NCBI RefSeq assembly: GCF_964194155.1
Contig: NC_135888.1
Span: 7,192,001-7,256,000 of the forward strand
Reading direction: 5' to 3'
Length of the DNA stretch: 64,000 nucleotides
DNA from: Cetorhinus maximus
Taxonomy: Eukaryota
Part shown: one piece after another, positions 12,102 through 25,329 of the stretch
How the letters are laid out: each line of letters begins with the position of its first letter
How positions within the stretch are numbered: position 1 is the first letter of the stretch
The notes under the pieces: generated by a model
The model's input: the letters and a program-made list of their open reading frames with translations, nothing else
Databases searched by the model: none
What the model was told of the DNA's origin: nothing
Position numbers and translations under genes: made by a program

Positions 12102-15100
12102 AAAAATAAAAATACCTGGAAAAACTGAGCAGGTCTGGCAGCATCTACAGAGATGAACACAGTTAACGTTTCGAGTCCGTATGACTCTTCAAAAGAACTA
12201 AGTAAAAATAGAAGAGAGGTGAAATATAAGCTGGTTTAAGGGGGGGTGGGACAAGTAGAGCTGGATAGAGGGCCAGTGATAGGTGGAGATAGCCAAAAAA
12301 TGTCATAGACAAATGGACAAAGAGGTGTTGAAGGTGGTGATATTATCTAAGGAATGTGCTAATTAAGGGTAGAAAGCAGGACAAGCAAGGTACAGATAGC
12401 CCTAGTGGGGGTGGGGTGAAGGGAAGGGATCGAATTAAGCTAAAAGGTAGAGATAAAACAATGGATGGAAATACATTTAAAAATAATGGAAATAGGTGGG
12501 AAAAGAAAAATCTATATAAATTATTGGAAAAAAAAAGGGGGGGGGAAATCGGAAAGGATGTAGGGATGGAGGAGAGAGTTCATGATCTAAAATCGTTGAA
12601 CTCAATACTCAGTCCAGAAGGCTGTAAAGTGCCTAGTCGGAAGATGAGGTGCTGTTCCTCCAGTTTGCGTTGAGCTTCGCTGGAACGATGCAGCAGGCCA
12701 AGGATGGACATGTGGGCATGAGAGCAGGGTGGAGTGTTGAAATGGCAAGCGACAGGGAGGTCTGGGTAATGCTTGCAGACAGACCGAAGGTGTTCTGCAA
12801 AGCGGTCACCCAGTCTGCGTTTGGTCTCTCCAATGTAGAGGAGACCGCATTGGGAGCAACGAATGCAGCAGACTAAACTGAGGGAAGTGCAAGTGAAATG
12901 CTGCTTCACTTAAAAGGAGTGTTTGGGCCCTTGGACGGTGAGGAGAGGGGAAGTAAAGGGGCAGGTGTTGCACCTTCTGCGGTTGCATGGGAAGGTGTCG
13001 TGGGAGGGGGTTGAGGTGTAGGGGGTGATGGAGGAGTGGACCAGGGTGTCACGGAGGGAACGATCCCTGCGGAATGCCGCCGGGGGGGTGAAGGGAAGAT
13101 GTGTTTGGTGGTGGCATCATGCTGGAGTTGGCGGAAATGGTGGAGGATGATCCTTTGAATGCGGAGGCTGGTGGGGTGATAAATGAGGACAAGGGGGACC
13201 CTATCATGTTTCTGGGAGGGAGAAGGCGTGAGGGTGGATGCGCGGGAAGTGGGCCGGACACGGTTGAGGGCCCTGTCAAACACCGTGGGTGGAAAACCTC
13301 AGTTAAGGAAGAAGGAAAACATGTCAGAGGAACTGTTTTTGAAAGTGGCATCATCAGAACAGATGCGACAGAGGCGAAGGAACTGAGAGAATCGGATAGA
13401 GTCCTTACAGGAAGCGGCGTGTGAGGAGCCGTAGTCGAGGTAGCTGTGGGAGTCGGTAGGCTTGTAATGGATATTGGTGGACAGTCTATCACCAGAAATT
13501 GAGACAGAGAGGTCAAGGAAGGGAAGGGAAATGTCAGGGATGGACCATGTGAAAATGATGGAGGGGTGAAAATTGGAAGCAAAATTAATAAATTTGACCA
13601 GGTCCAGACGAGAGCATGAAGCAGCACCAAAGTAATCATCGATGTACCGGAGAAAGAGTTGTGGGAGGGGGCCGGAGTAGGACTGGAACAAGGAATGTTC
13701 CACATACCCCATAAAGAGACAAGCATAGCTGGGGCCCATGCGGGTACCCATAACCACACCTTTTATTTGGAGGAAGTGAGAGGAGTTTAAGGAGAAATTG
13801 TTCAGTGTGAAAACAAGTTCAGCCAGACGGAGGAGAGTAGTGGTGGATGGGGATTGTTCGGGCCTCTGTTCGAGGAAGAAGCAGAGAGCCATCAGACCAT
13901 CCCGGTGGGGGATGGAGGTGTAGAGGGATTGGACGTCCGTGGTGAAGAGGCGGCGGTTGGGGCCAGGGAACTGGAAATTGTTGATATGATGTAGGGTGTC
14001 AGAGGAATCACGGATGTAGGTGGGAAGGGACTGGACATGGGGAGAGAGAATGGAGTCAAGATAGCAAGAAATGAGTTCCATGGGGCAGGAACAGGCTGAC
14101 ACGATCGGTCTGCCGGGACAGTCCTGTTTGTGGATTTTGGGTAGGAGGTAGAAGCGGGCCGTCCGAGGTTGGGAGACTATCAGGTTGGAAGCTGTGGAAG
14201 GTAGATCACCAGAGGAGATGAGGTCAGTAACTGTCCTGGAAATAATGGCTTGATGTTCAGTGGTGGGGTCATGGTCCAGGGGGAGGTAGGAGGAACTATC
14301 TGTGAGTTGACGCTCAGCCTCTGCGAGGTAGAGGTCAGTGCGCCAGACAACAACAGCACCACCCTTGTCAGCAGGTTTGATGACAATGTCAGGGTTGGAC
14401 CTGAGAGAACGGAGTGCAGCAAGTTCAGAGAGAGACAGGTAAGAGAGGGTGAGAGGAGCAGAGAAATTGAGACGACTAATGTCATGCCGACAGTTCTCAG
14501 TGAAAAGATCAAGAGAAGGTAAGAATCCAGAGGGAGGGGTCCAGGTGGAGGGAGAATATTGGAGTTGGGTAAAAGAAACCGTTGAACGGGGAGAGGACTC
14601 CTGCCCAAAGATGTGAGCACGGAGATGAAGGTGGCGGAAGAAGAGTTCAGCATCGTGCCAAGCCCGAAATTCATTGAGATGAGGGCGTAAGGGCATGAAA
14701 CTAAGTCCTTTGCTGAGCAATGAACGTTCAGCATCGGAGAGGGGAAGGTCAGGGGGTATGGTGAATACACGGCCGGTGCTGGGATTGGAAGACGAGATGG
14801 GGACAGAGGGACAGGCAGGGGTGGAGGGTCCTGGGTGGGTGTTGGTGTCGATGAGTTGTTGGAGCTTGCGTTCCTTTGCACCTGAAAGAAAGAGACAAAG
14901 TTTCTTGTTGAGGGGTCGGATGAGACGAAGAATAAAATGAAACTGGGGGCATGCACAGCTTAGAAAAAGGTGCGGTGGTGCTGCTAGAGGGCCAGTGATA
15001 GGTGGAGATAGCCAAAAGATGTCATAGACAAAAAGGACAAAGAGGTGTTGAAGGTGGTGATATTATCTAAGGAATGTGCTAATTAAGGGTAGAAAGCAGG

Positions 15101-15441
15101 ACAAGCAAGGTACAGATAACCCTAGAGGGGGTGGGGTGGGGTGGGGTGAAGGGAAGGGATCGAAATAGGCTAAAAGGTAGAGATAAAACAATGAATGGAA
15201 ATACATTTAAAAATAATGGAAATAGGAGGGAAAATAAAAATCTATATAAATTATTGGGAAAAAAAGGGGTGGATCTGAAAGAGGGTGGGGATAGAGGAGA
15301 GAGTTCATGATCTAAAATTGTTGAACTCAATATTCAGTCCGGGAGGCTTTAAAGTGCCTAGTCGGAAGATGAGGTGCTGTTCCTCCAGTTTGCATTGAGC
15401 TTCACTGGAACAATGCAGCAGGCCAAGGATGGCCAAGCATG
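12102..15441 (-). mobile_element. Penelope-like element (RT + GIY-YIG) with a partial-tandem pseudo-LTR
   Basis: 473-aa RT ORF (LPKIHK, GRPIVS, YIDD); YIGETKRRLGDRFAEH; 14987-15431 repeats 12267-12706; flanking 13-bp duplication CCACCAACAAGTC. Confidence 0.93.
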
Positions 15442-15555
15442 CCACCAACAAGTCTATGTCCTCCTGAAGTCTATAACTCTCCACCTCACAGTTCACAATA
15501 CTTCTAAGTTTTGTATCATCTGAAAGTTTTGACATTGTGCCCTGTACACATTTGC

Positions 15556-16023
15556 TAATGACTCCTCCATTTCTGAAGATTAAACCAATCTACAGGTCAC
15601 ACTGAATTCTCATTGGCTCCTTTGCTCAGGAATTGAACCCCCACACTCACCAAGCACCGCCCTCGCTATTGGTCAGCTCAGTGGTAAAGCTGAAAGTTCA
15701 AGGGTTGCAGGTTCCCTTAGCAAAGCCATGGGGAAAGAAATCAGAGGAAAGGGAACACAAAGCTTTTGCAGTGCAGTCCCACCAGTGTAAGTATAATGGG
15801 GAAGAGGTGCTGCATCTGTCAGTCATTGAGATGTTGGAGATAAATAAGTACTGCATGGGGAAAAAGGAGCTGAAAGTAAGTGGCTTACATCAGTGTTGCC
15901 CTTTAGATCAGATTCTGGTGCAACTGTCATTTGATATCTTTCCCGGGTCCCAACAGTTTTGAGATCCTTTTCACCTTTATTTGTATGCATTTCCCAGAAA
16001 AGGCACACTCCCTTACACATTGG
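15556..16023 (+). repeat. Local duplicate of the PPP6C/RABEPK promoter (source ~17496-17989)
   Basis: Colinear alignment by eye over ~470 bp with many CG->TG/CA changes. Confidence 0.92.
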
Positions 16024-17303
16024 GTCATTAATACATCTTACAAAAGCAGTGGTACTAGCACCAATCCCTGAAGGGCCCCACTATATAACTTCCTCCAGTC
16101 CAAGTAACAATCATTCACCATTACTCTGTTTTGTGTCACTCAGCCAACTTTGTATCCATGGTACCACTGTCACTTTTGTTCCATGGGTTTCAACTTTGTT
16201 GGCAAGCCTATTATGTGGTAGTTTATCAAACCACTTTTGGAAGTCCAGGTACACCACAACAACCCCATTACCCTCATCAAGCCACTTTATTACCTCATCA
16301 AAAAACCCAATCCAGTTATAAACATGGCATAATACTTACCAGTCCTCCATCTCTCTAGTCCTCTGGTACCACCTCTGTATCTGAGCAGGATTAGAAGATT
16401 ATGGCCATTGCCTCAACAATTTCTACGCTTACTTCTCTCTGTAGCTTCAGATGCATCCCATATAGCCCTGGTGACTTATCAACTTCAAGTAAAACCAGCC
16501 TTTCTAATAACTATCAATTTTAACCCATCTCGTCTCAACTACCTCCTCTTTCACTTAAACCATATAACCAATACCTGTTCGAGTTTTAAAAAACTGCAGA
16601 ACGGCCGAGTATTTTTGAAGAGCTCAAGCTTTTCAGCCCCGTTTTAAGCAACAGAACGTTAACAATGTAGCCTCTCTTTTATATGCAATGAAATCAATTT
16701 ATCTCGAACTAACCAAAACAAAAGTTAGTAGCTTGGAGGTGGATTGGAATTAATTATGTGATTAAATAGTCTCAAAATGACATGACAGAATCTCGCAACT
16801 AAACGAACCACTGAAAATCGCGTACCTTCCAGCTTTACGAAGTGATCTATTCTTTCCGCGACCAGCGGGCAACGGGGAAAGTTAACTGTAGCGTTGATGA
16901 AACGAGCCACATTATAATTTAACGTTTATTTATATATACACATCCCACTTCGAGTGGACACCTCCCAGGGGGCGGTAGGGCCAGCACTTGTGCTGTTTTT
17001 AATTCTAGTTGCATAACAGTGTCACTGTAACGCGGCCGAAAATAGCCCTGGGCGGACGGGGGGTGTCCACTTCTCCTACATTATACGTATGTCAAAACCC
17101 AAAAAGTAGACAAGTACCACATTACTTAAGGCACAAGACGAAAGGCCCCAAAATATGACGATAGAGCCTAAACCGGTAGTCCTGACAGTTCCCGTTGCGT
17201 CGCTACAAATGTGCCCTCCGACCAAGACATCAAATAGATTTAGCAAAACAAGCAGAAGGAAATTAAATGTAAGAAAAAATGAGGAAACGGGTTAGGACAC
17301 TAC

Positions 17304-17378
17304 CTTCAGGTCATTTTCCGGGAGGTATTTACACTGCCGAGCTATCTCCACATACTTATCCAGGTCCAGAGGCGCCAT
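17304..17378 (-). CDS. PPP6C: Protein phosphatase 6 catalytic subunit, coding exon 1
   Basis: ATG at 17378 gives [25 protein letters not shown] (75 nt), then a GTAGTG donor; matches the PPP6C N-terminus; lies in a CpG island. Confidence 0.96.
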
Positions 17379-17379
17379 T

Positions 17380-17760
17380 TTGGGACACGGACTGAGCGGG
17401 CCCCGGGCCAATGACGCGTTTCCGGTGCTAAAGTGCCAGCCGCCGGCTGAAGGAACCGGCCTTACCCCTCGATCTCGTCCTCCGCGCTCACTCCCCAACG
17501 ACCGCTCCCCCTTTTTTGAAGATTAACCCAGTTCCACAGGTCATGCCGAACTCTCATTGGCTCCTCTGCTCGGGAGTTTTAACCCTCGCACTCGCCAAGA
17601 GCCGCCCTCTCCATTGGTCGGCTCGGTGGTAAAGTTGAAAGTTCAAGGGTCGCAGGTCCCCTTAGCAACGCCGAGAGGAAGAAATCGGGAGGCGGTGGTG
17701 GGGGAGGGAGATAAGAGATAGGAAGCACCAAACTTTGGTGGCGCAGCCGTGCCGGTGTAA
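17380..17760. promoter_or_regulatory. Bidirectional CpG-island promoter of PPP6C/RABEPK, with putative non-coding RABEPK exon 1 ending at 17756
   Basis: CpG-rich; CCAAT at 17408, ATTGG boxes near 17556 and 17613, TGACG, ETS-like TTTCCGG, RFX-like GTCCCCTTAGCAAC near 17656, GTAAGT donor at 17757. Confidence 0.75.
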
Positions 17761-18059
17761 GTATAGCGAGGAAAAGGTGCTGCCTCCGTCAGTCATTGGG
17801 ATGTTGGAGATAAATAAATACTCCCTGGGGGAAAAGGGAGCTGAAAATCAATGGCTTACATCGGATCGGATTCTGGTGTAGTTGTAATCTGATATCCTTC
17901 CAGGGTCCCAACAGTTTTGAGGTCCTTTTCGTCTTTGGTGTCTTTGGATGTGTTTCCAGGAGCAAGAGGCACACTAACTTAAACATTGGACTGACTTCCA
18001 GATGTTTGGAGACGGTCGGCTTTTGTTCCAGTATTACAAGGATATTCCACTTAAATTTG

Positions 18060-18870
18060 TGGATAGGTGTGAGGTTATCCATTTTGGTCGAAAGAATAAA
18101 AAGGCGACTTGTTGTTTAAATGGAGAGAAACTTCAGAATGCTTCAGTGCAGAGGGGTCTGGGTGTCCTCGTGCATGAATCGCTGAAAGCGAGTGTGCAGG
18201 TACAGCAGGTAATAAGGAAGGCAAATGGAATTTTGGCATTTATTGCTAAAGGAGTAGAGTATAAAAATAGGGAAGTGTTGTTGCAACTGTACAAGGCACT
18301 GGTGAGACCACACCTGGAGTACTGTGCATAGTTTTGGTCCCCTTACTTGAGGAAGGATGTAGTCGCATTGGAGGTGGTTCAGAGGAGGTTCAATAGATTG
18401 ATTCCAGAGATGTGGGGCTTGTCTTATGAGGAGAGATTGAGCAGTTTAGGCCTATACTCGCTGGAGTTTAAAAGGATGAGAGGAGATCTAATTGAGGTAT
18501 ATAAGATGCTAAAGGGAAAGACAAAGTAGACTTGGAGTGGATGTTTCCCCTTCTGGGGCATTCTAGAATGAGAGGCCATAGTTTTAGGCTAAGGGGTGGT
18601 AGATTTAAATCAGAGATGAGGAGGAATTACTTTTCTCAAAGGGTTGTGAATCTGTGGAATTCACTACCTCAGAGTGCAGTGGATGCCAGGATGCTGAATA
18701 AATTTGAGGAGGTAGACAGATTTTCAATTAGTAACAGGTTGAAAGGTTATGTGGAGAGGGCGGGAAATTGGAGTTGAGGCCGAAATGAGATCAGCCATGA
18801 TCGTATTGAATGGCGGGGCAGGCTTGAGGGGCTGAATTCCCTGCTCCTAGTTCTTACGTTCTTATGAACG
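18060..18870 (+). mobile_element. CR1 LINE 3' fragment
   Basis: CEVIHFGRKN, LYKALVRPHLEYC, RVVNLWNSLP and the CR1 3' tail. Confidence 0.9.
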
Positions 18871-19438
18871 TGTGGATGTTGAGGCTGGGGTAAAAGCTTA
18901 TTCCAAGTGGTCACAACTAGCATCTAACATTTAACCCGCTAGTAGGAGGTAAATGGATATTAATATAAGTGGCTTAGAGACGGAAAGCGGAGAGTAGCAA
19001 TGAACGTTTAATTATCATACTGGGACTAGGGTGAAATATAAAGTGGGTGTCCCACAAGGATTGATGTTATATATTTTGTATATCCAAGTAAGAATTTTGT
19101 ACGTTTGATTTTTAAACTTAATCGCAAGGATTGATAGGAAAGCTTGAGTGATTGATAAAACGGATTCAAAACTGCAGACAGCTGTTCGGCAGTTGGTTTA
19201 CTACCTGTAGCACATACCTCGATCTTGATGCCTGTGACAAATTTATTTAAAATTGTAAATTACTCTAAGGCCACATTAAGGCTCCAATATGCTGTGGCAC
19301 GGATTAATTTAAGTATTTGTGTTAATATAATTTAATAAGGATTAAATTACGATGCAATTAGTTTTTATACATTTCATATGATATGAAAGTTTAATTGTTC
19401 AATATCTGGCAGTTTTCTTCCAGGTTTATCAAAAGGTA

Positions 19439-19491
19439 ATGGAATTGCTGACTGTCTTGGAGCCAGGGGAAAGTCCCCAAATAGCAACATG
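19439..19491 (+). CDS. RABEPK: Rab9 effector protein with kelch motifs, coding exon 1 (exon starts at 19424)
   Basis: ttttcttccag acceptor; ATG gives MELLTVLEPGESPQIAT(W); GTAGG donor; resembles human MKQLPVLEPGDKPRKATW. Confidence 0.9.
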
Positions 19492-19689
19492 GTAGGATCT
19501 TAAAGTGTGCATTTAATTTCACTCTATCAATGGACATTGTAACTGTAAAGTGGAACAGTGAAACAGGAATAACATGCCCCCACCTCATTTACTCTTCTGC
19601 TGTTAAAACTATACACGAATAATATGTTGTTGAAAGATGATATGTAAATATATACAGTACTGGTTGCCATCTTGTTTTAAAAAAAGGGA

Positions 19690-20135
19690 TTGGAGAGGGT
19701 GCAAAAAGATTTACAGGAATGATAGCAAGGAAAGGCTGGGTCTCTTTTCTCTTGAAAAGATATGGCTGAGGGATGACCTAACAGAAGTCTTTTAAAATTA
19801 TGAAGGTTTTGATAGACACAGAGAGACTGTTTTCACTTGTGGGGAAGAGACCATCAATATAAGATAGTCACTAAGAAATCAAATGGGGATTTCAGAAGCC
19901 ACTTCTTTACTTGGAAAGTGGTGAGAATGTGGAACTCACTACCACAGGTAATATTAAAGTGAATAGTATAGATGCATTAAACAGGAAGCTAGATAAGCAT
20001 ATGAGGGAGAAAGGAATAGAGTGACTTGAGTTATCTGAGGAAGGATGGGAAGAAATTTGAGTGAAGCCTAAATGCTGGCATGGACTGATTGGACTGAATA
20101 GCTTGTTTCTGTTCAGTGTATTCTATGTAATATGT
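19690..20135 (+). mobile_element. CR1 3' fragment
   Basis: Degenerate VVRMWNSLP region and tail. Confidence 0.7.
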
Positions 20136-20526
20136 AATGATTGTGACATAAAGGAGGACTGATGATTCAGTGCTAGCACCTGCAGAGTGTTAAAATGTCA
20201 TTTTCTGTCATGTTGCACATAATTCTACTTTCTGCATCATCAGTATGTTGGAGTAAAGATGCATTGTACAGTCTTCTATTCTAACTTATTATTTTCTAAG
20301 ACCTCAAACCTGTTATATTCCTTACTATATCAATCGTTCCTTAATCCTATGGTTGACAGGCTTTTGAACCCAGGCTTGGTGCTATTAGCTCTTGATTTAT
20401 CTTATCTTCAATCCTACTCTCTTCAACCTTGTTAATGTCCCATGCTAGCACTTTTACCTAGATTTCTTCTTACTAAATTTCTTAATGCTTTTCACACGAT
20501 AATATATATTTTTAAAGAAAGGAAGA

Positions 20527-20982
20527 TTTTTTAAATTATTCATTAACAAAATGTGAGTGTTGCTAACACCAACAGCATTTATTGCCCATCCCCAATTGCC
20601 CTTGAGAAAGTGGTGGTGAACTGCCTTCTTAAAACACTGCAGTCCATGAGTTTCTCATAGTGATTTAGTACAATTGAGAGGCTTGCTAGGTCATTTAAGA
20701 GAGCAATTAAGAGTCAACCACATTGCCGTGTGTATAGGAGTCACACGTAGACCAGACCTGATAAGGATAGCAGCTTTCCTTTCCTTAATAGATATTAGTG
20801 AACCAGATGGGTTTTAGAGACATTCCAGTAGTTTCATGGCCAGCATTACTAATATTTATTCCAAATTTTTAGTTTGTTAAATGAATTTAAGTTCCCCAGC
20901 TGCTGTGGTGGGATTTGAACTTGTGTCACCAGATCATTAGTCCAGGCCCCTGGATTACTAGCCCAGTAACATAACCACTACA
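20527..20982 (-). mobile_element. tRNA-derived SINE sharing its head with 2432-2742 and its tail with 46960-47085
   Basis: Box B GTTCAAATCCC at 20910-20920; shared core and 3' tail. Confidence 0.85.
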
Positions 20983-23900
20983 GTATCCCTCATTCCAAGT
21001 TAATTATATTATTCGATCAAAAATTGAAATGATTTTACAATATACAGTAGTGGAGAAATTTACTTATAACGTGAAATTTTTCAGCTCAATTAATTTTAGA
21101 AATGGGATTAAAAATTGAAAATATCTTCCATCCTGCCTCATCTCTATAGACTTACACTGGCACATGTATCATTTTGAATATCATATGAAAGATGTACACC
21201 ATTTGAACAGGAAAAACCCTGTTTTAAGGCACTGATCTGCTTAGAATGATCACTACAGCTCAGAACCAATTATGGTTCTTGGGGCTTTCCATTGGTTCAG
21301 TTGAAACTAATGAGAGCCTAAACCAAAACCTATCATCAACAAGAAAGGAGGAAGGGTGACCAACCCTGGAGAAATGATATGTGGTCCTAGTTGGAGAGAA
21401 TGTGTGGTCATCTCTGATCCAACCATCTATCAAAGCATGAAGAATGCTGGCTAACACACATCGGAATGCATTTGTAAACTCCAATAATTGGCGGCAGGAG
21501 ACAACCCCAAACTCTAGTCAAGTAGTTTCTATATGCTTAACCTTCCAGTACAATAAATTGAAATATCACTTAATAGTCTAGTTAATGAGCAAATGATCTC
21601 CCAGTATTGAAAACTTTTGGACAGTTCTAAAGGTTGCTTTTCTGTTTGTTCAGCAATGTTGCGCGATGAGATTTTTTCACTCAGGTGACATCTAAGAGAT
21701 GGTTAAAATTATTTAATTTTTTATAGCTAGGAACTGAACTTTTTAAGGTAGTAGCATACTCATATGAAGCATAAAATTTCCTCCATAACAAGTTAAATTG
21801 TAATGATGCTAAATCATTAACCCTGCATTGTGAACATTATTATGAAGCAACGGTTTTGAACTGTGGTTGGATTGCAGCCAGCTACAGGGAAAAGTAGGAA
21901 ATGCATACTATTCATGAATAAAAATCTAAGAGGTTGTGCAGAATTCAATGTGACAGGGACTAGAAGGTAATTTACCCCACCCACTCATTAGCAGTTTTCT
22001 GTGCCAATTTTCCTCTCCTTCCCTAGCGCATTTCACCTCATAGGGTTACTGTTCCACAGATGCCAGTCATCCTATAGTACCTCCCCCAGGCACCTGTTGT
22101 TCATGCATTAGTCTTCATAATGAGTGTTAACAAACTCTTCTAACACAGAGACCACCATAGCCAAGAACACTTCTTTCTTTGCCTGAAAGTCATCCATAGA
22201 TCCCATTCTATAGGCTCTGGATGTAATCAGGTGGGAGAACGTCATTTTTTAAAATCCAGGGCGCTATTACAATTTTAGGTTTTCATAGAACTGTTTCACA
22301 AGGACTCTCTTAATTGGATGTTATCCTCTATGCCAGAAGCTTTATTTTATTCAGTAATTTTCCCTTTTCAGTGTTGTGAATTGCAATTACTCCCTTGTAG
22401 TCATCTTATTGGATTTAAAATAGCTTTGCGTAGTGCTGACGTATTGAGTTCAGATTGGAGGAAACTAAAAACAGTTCTCTTGGTCTAAACTACTAACGTT
22501 TATTTGAAGCTTTAGATTGAATTGAAATATGAAGTACATTATGTTCAGATACCAAAGAAGTATAAAATGTAAATATAACAAGATATGTCCAAGATGATGT
22601 TCAAAAGAAACATCTTTAGGTATAGATACTTCTGAATGACATGCCTCCTGATTTTTGTCTTGCATACTATTTTTGATGTTAGGCACAAAACTTCTGAGAA
22701 TTCCATTGATCAAATACCAAAATTTGGTGAAAACTGAAATGCTTTTAAATACAAAACACCAAGTCCTGCACAATAACTTTTTAGCTAATATCCACACACC
22801 AAAGATTGGATCGGGACTTAGCATTTTATGTTTAAGGTTTGCATATATGATGCCCAAAATATCCCACAAATTGAATTCACAAGATAGTGATAATCAAGCC
22901 AAGTATGAACACAGGAAGACAGCAATTAAACAGAATGAATTGCAGCTTCTACTTTGCAGAGGCATTAAATAATATTAGGCTACATTATCTATTATTATTT
23001 ATTAAAATCTATAATAAAATTAATATCAACACAAGATTAAGTACTGATGACAACATCAAAAGAATTTTCATCTTTAATATTTAATATACATAATCTAGAG
23101 AACGTCATGAGCCTAATAGTAATTTAATTGCATTACAATATGTTTGCCATAGTTAGGTTTTGCTTAGTAACAGTGATACAAAGTAATATTTTGTGTCCAA
23201 GATTACAGTAAAAGCTTAGGAAAACTAAGGTTGCTTTCTATGTTTAACTTATCACTGATAAACTTCCAGTGTAAAGGCTGCTCATTTATGACATGAGTAT
23301 AAAATCATACAAACTGTGTCCTTGAGTGGTAGGCTACTGTAATAGTCTGCCTTCCTCAGTCTATTCTGGATTCATTGTTTTCTCAAATAATCTTTTCCTA
23401 CATAGGTAGTAGGTCTCTGCTATTATATTACTGTGCTTAGAAGCCTATGCTATTGATTTAACTGTTGTGATGCACTTTCCATTTGTTTTCTTATTTTCAA
23501 TTCTTAAACACTACTTAAACATTACTGAATACGGTCTAAACTTCTTCAAAAGTTCCCTTCAACTTCCCAAAACTTTCTGATGCGAGTGTAAAGTTTAAAT
23601 TTATTATAAAGATCTTAATTTATTGACCAGTAATCACCAATCAAAATGACCAATTCAACCAACCAGATCAATTACCAAAGCATCATTTGACTAAATAACC
23701 TTGCCAGAAATAATAATTGCCAAATTTGAATTATCTTGTCAAAAATAAGAATCCAATTTTCTATACTTTTTTCCCCAGTGTCTCAACCACTGTAAGGAGA
23801 CCTGCTTTCTCATAGCAGTTCTCTTCCAAGATTGTAAATGATTCACTAACAGCTGATTTGGTCAAAAGTTGTAGCACATTAATCTGTCTGATCTTCACTT

Positions 23901-24544
23901 TTGGATGGCCTTAGCTTGAGCTGGTAGAAATGCCATAAAGTGAGGATGTCGTAAAAATGCAATGGTTAACTCGTCAGTGTTATCCTCACATGCAGCTAGC
24001 TTTTCTTATCCCAGAATGTGTGCCTTAAGGCACTGTTTTTTAATCATTTGGTTTGTTTTAAATCAGGTTATGAGGTAAAGTTAGCAATATTACAACTCAG
24101 GGATATAAAACCTATATACAATGACCCAAATATACATAGATGTGAATGGAGTAATAGAAAGAATTCACACATCCGCCCAGGAACTTTTCATTTTTGTTTG
24201 TGACAATTCAATCAGCATCCATATTCTCCATGTCAACAGGTTTTCATCATGAAATTAACACTGTCAACTAACCCAGAAATGGAAAACCATTAACATTTTT
24301 ATGTTTACATATTTGCATTTGCATAGCCATTAACAATTTAAATCTAGGATTAAAGTACTGCTGTTGATCACTAAAGCAGCAACCAATTAATATGGAATAA
24401 ACAAAATCCACACATAGTGAGCTAATTGTAGTACCTCCACCACCGTCCCAGCTGTAATTGGCTAAATCAACACAGATTGAAGGTTAAATCTTGGCCTTTT
24501 TTGGTTTGTATGACTTGTCTAATTGCTGCATGTGTCAGCTGTTG

Positions 24545-24960
24545 CTCAGCACTTCTTAACTCTAGTCAAAAGCTTCAGATCTCACTCCAGGGTCCTGAGC
24601 ACAAAACCTAGGTTGGCAGTCCAGTGCTGCACAGTCGGAGATGCTGTTTTTCAGAAGAGGCATTAACCCAAGGCGCATCTGCTCTCTCAGGTGGACATAA
24701 AAATCCTGTGGCACCATTTCAAAGAAGAGTTGAGGAGTTCTTCCCAATTTCCTGGCCAATATCTATCCCTCAAACTACGTCACTAATAGTGATTGTCTGG
24801 TCATCATTATATAACTGTTTGTGGGAGCTTGCTGTGTGCAAATTGGCTGTCCTGTTTCACTTTACAGCAGTAAGCTACATTTGAAAAGTACCTAATTTGC
24901 TGCAAAGCACTTTGGTTTGTGCCAAGGTTGTGAAAGGCACTACATAAATGTAAGCACTTT
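24545..24960 (+). mobile_element. Deu-domain SINE (SacSINE1/AmnSINE1-like)
   Basis: GGAGTTCT..CCTGGCCAATAT.TATCCCTCAA core and L2-type tail; shorter copies near 30070, 39500, 52100 and 57470. Confidence 0.75.
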
Positions 24961-25329
24961 TTTTCTTGCTGAGCTATTGAGGCATCAGGAAGAAATAATT
25001 CCAATGCAAATCACAGCTGAAGATTCCTATGAGTGGAAGGTACTGTGAAACTCCATTCACCTTCTCATCCAGGATTAGAACAATTAAACTTGGCTTGGTA
25101 TGCATATATTTTTACTTTCCTGAAGTGAAACTGAATGTTTTGTTAAAATTTCACAGCTTATTGTACCAATGTACAGTTGTAGAGAGGTACAATATACATT
25201 CTTATCTGTTATCCCACACATGACAAGCTTCTGATTCTAATTGTAGTCTTAGGACAGGCACAAAATGAAGGCGAAGCACTTACCCACAAGGAACAAAAAA
25301 AAAGTTATCCTCCTGTGAGGATAACACTG

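Larger units (their letters stand above)
11385..16560 (-). mobile_element. CR1 LINE split by a Penelope insertion and the promoter duplicate (pieces 11385-12101, 15442-15552, 16024-16560)
   Basis: RGIEYKSREV...QFWAPHFR and SKLSDDTKL motifs, continuous across the insertions. Confidence 0.8.

Noticed and set aside
13049-14956. Long alternative-frame ORFs (236 and 258 aa) as novel genes
   Set aside because: Shadow frames of the C-rich Penelope coding strand
17801-17890. ATG (MLEINKY...) as the RABEPK start
   Set aside because: Lies downstream of the exon-1 donor; the real N-terminus matches at 19439
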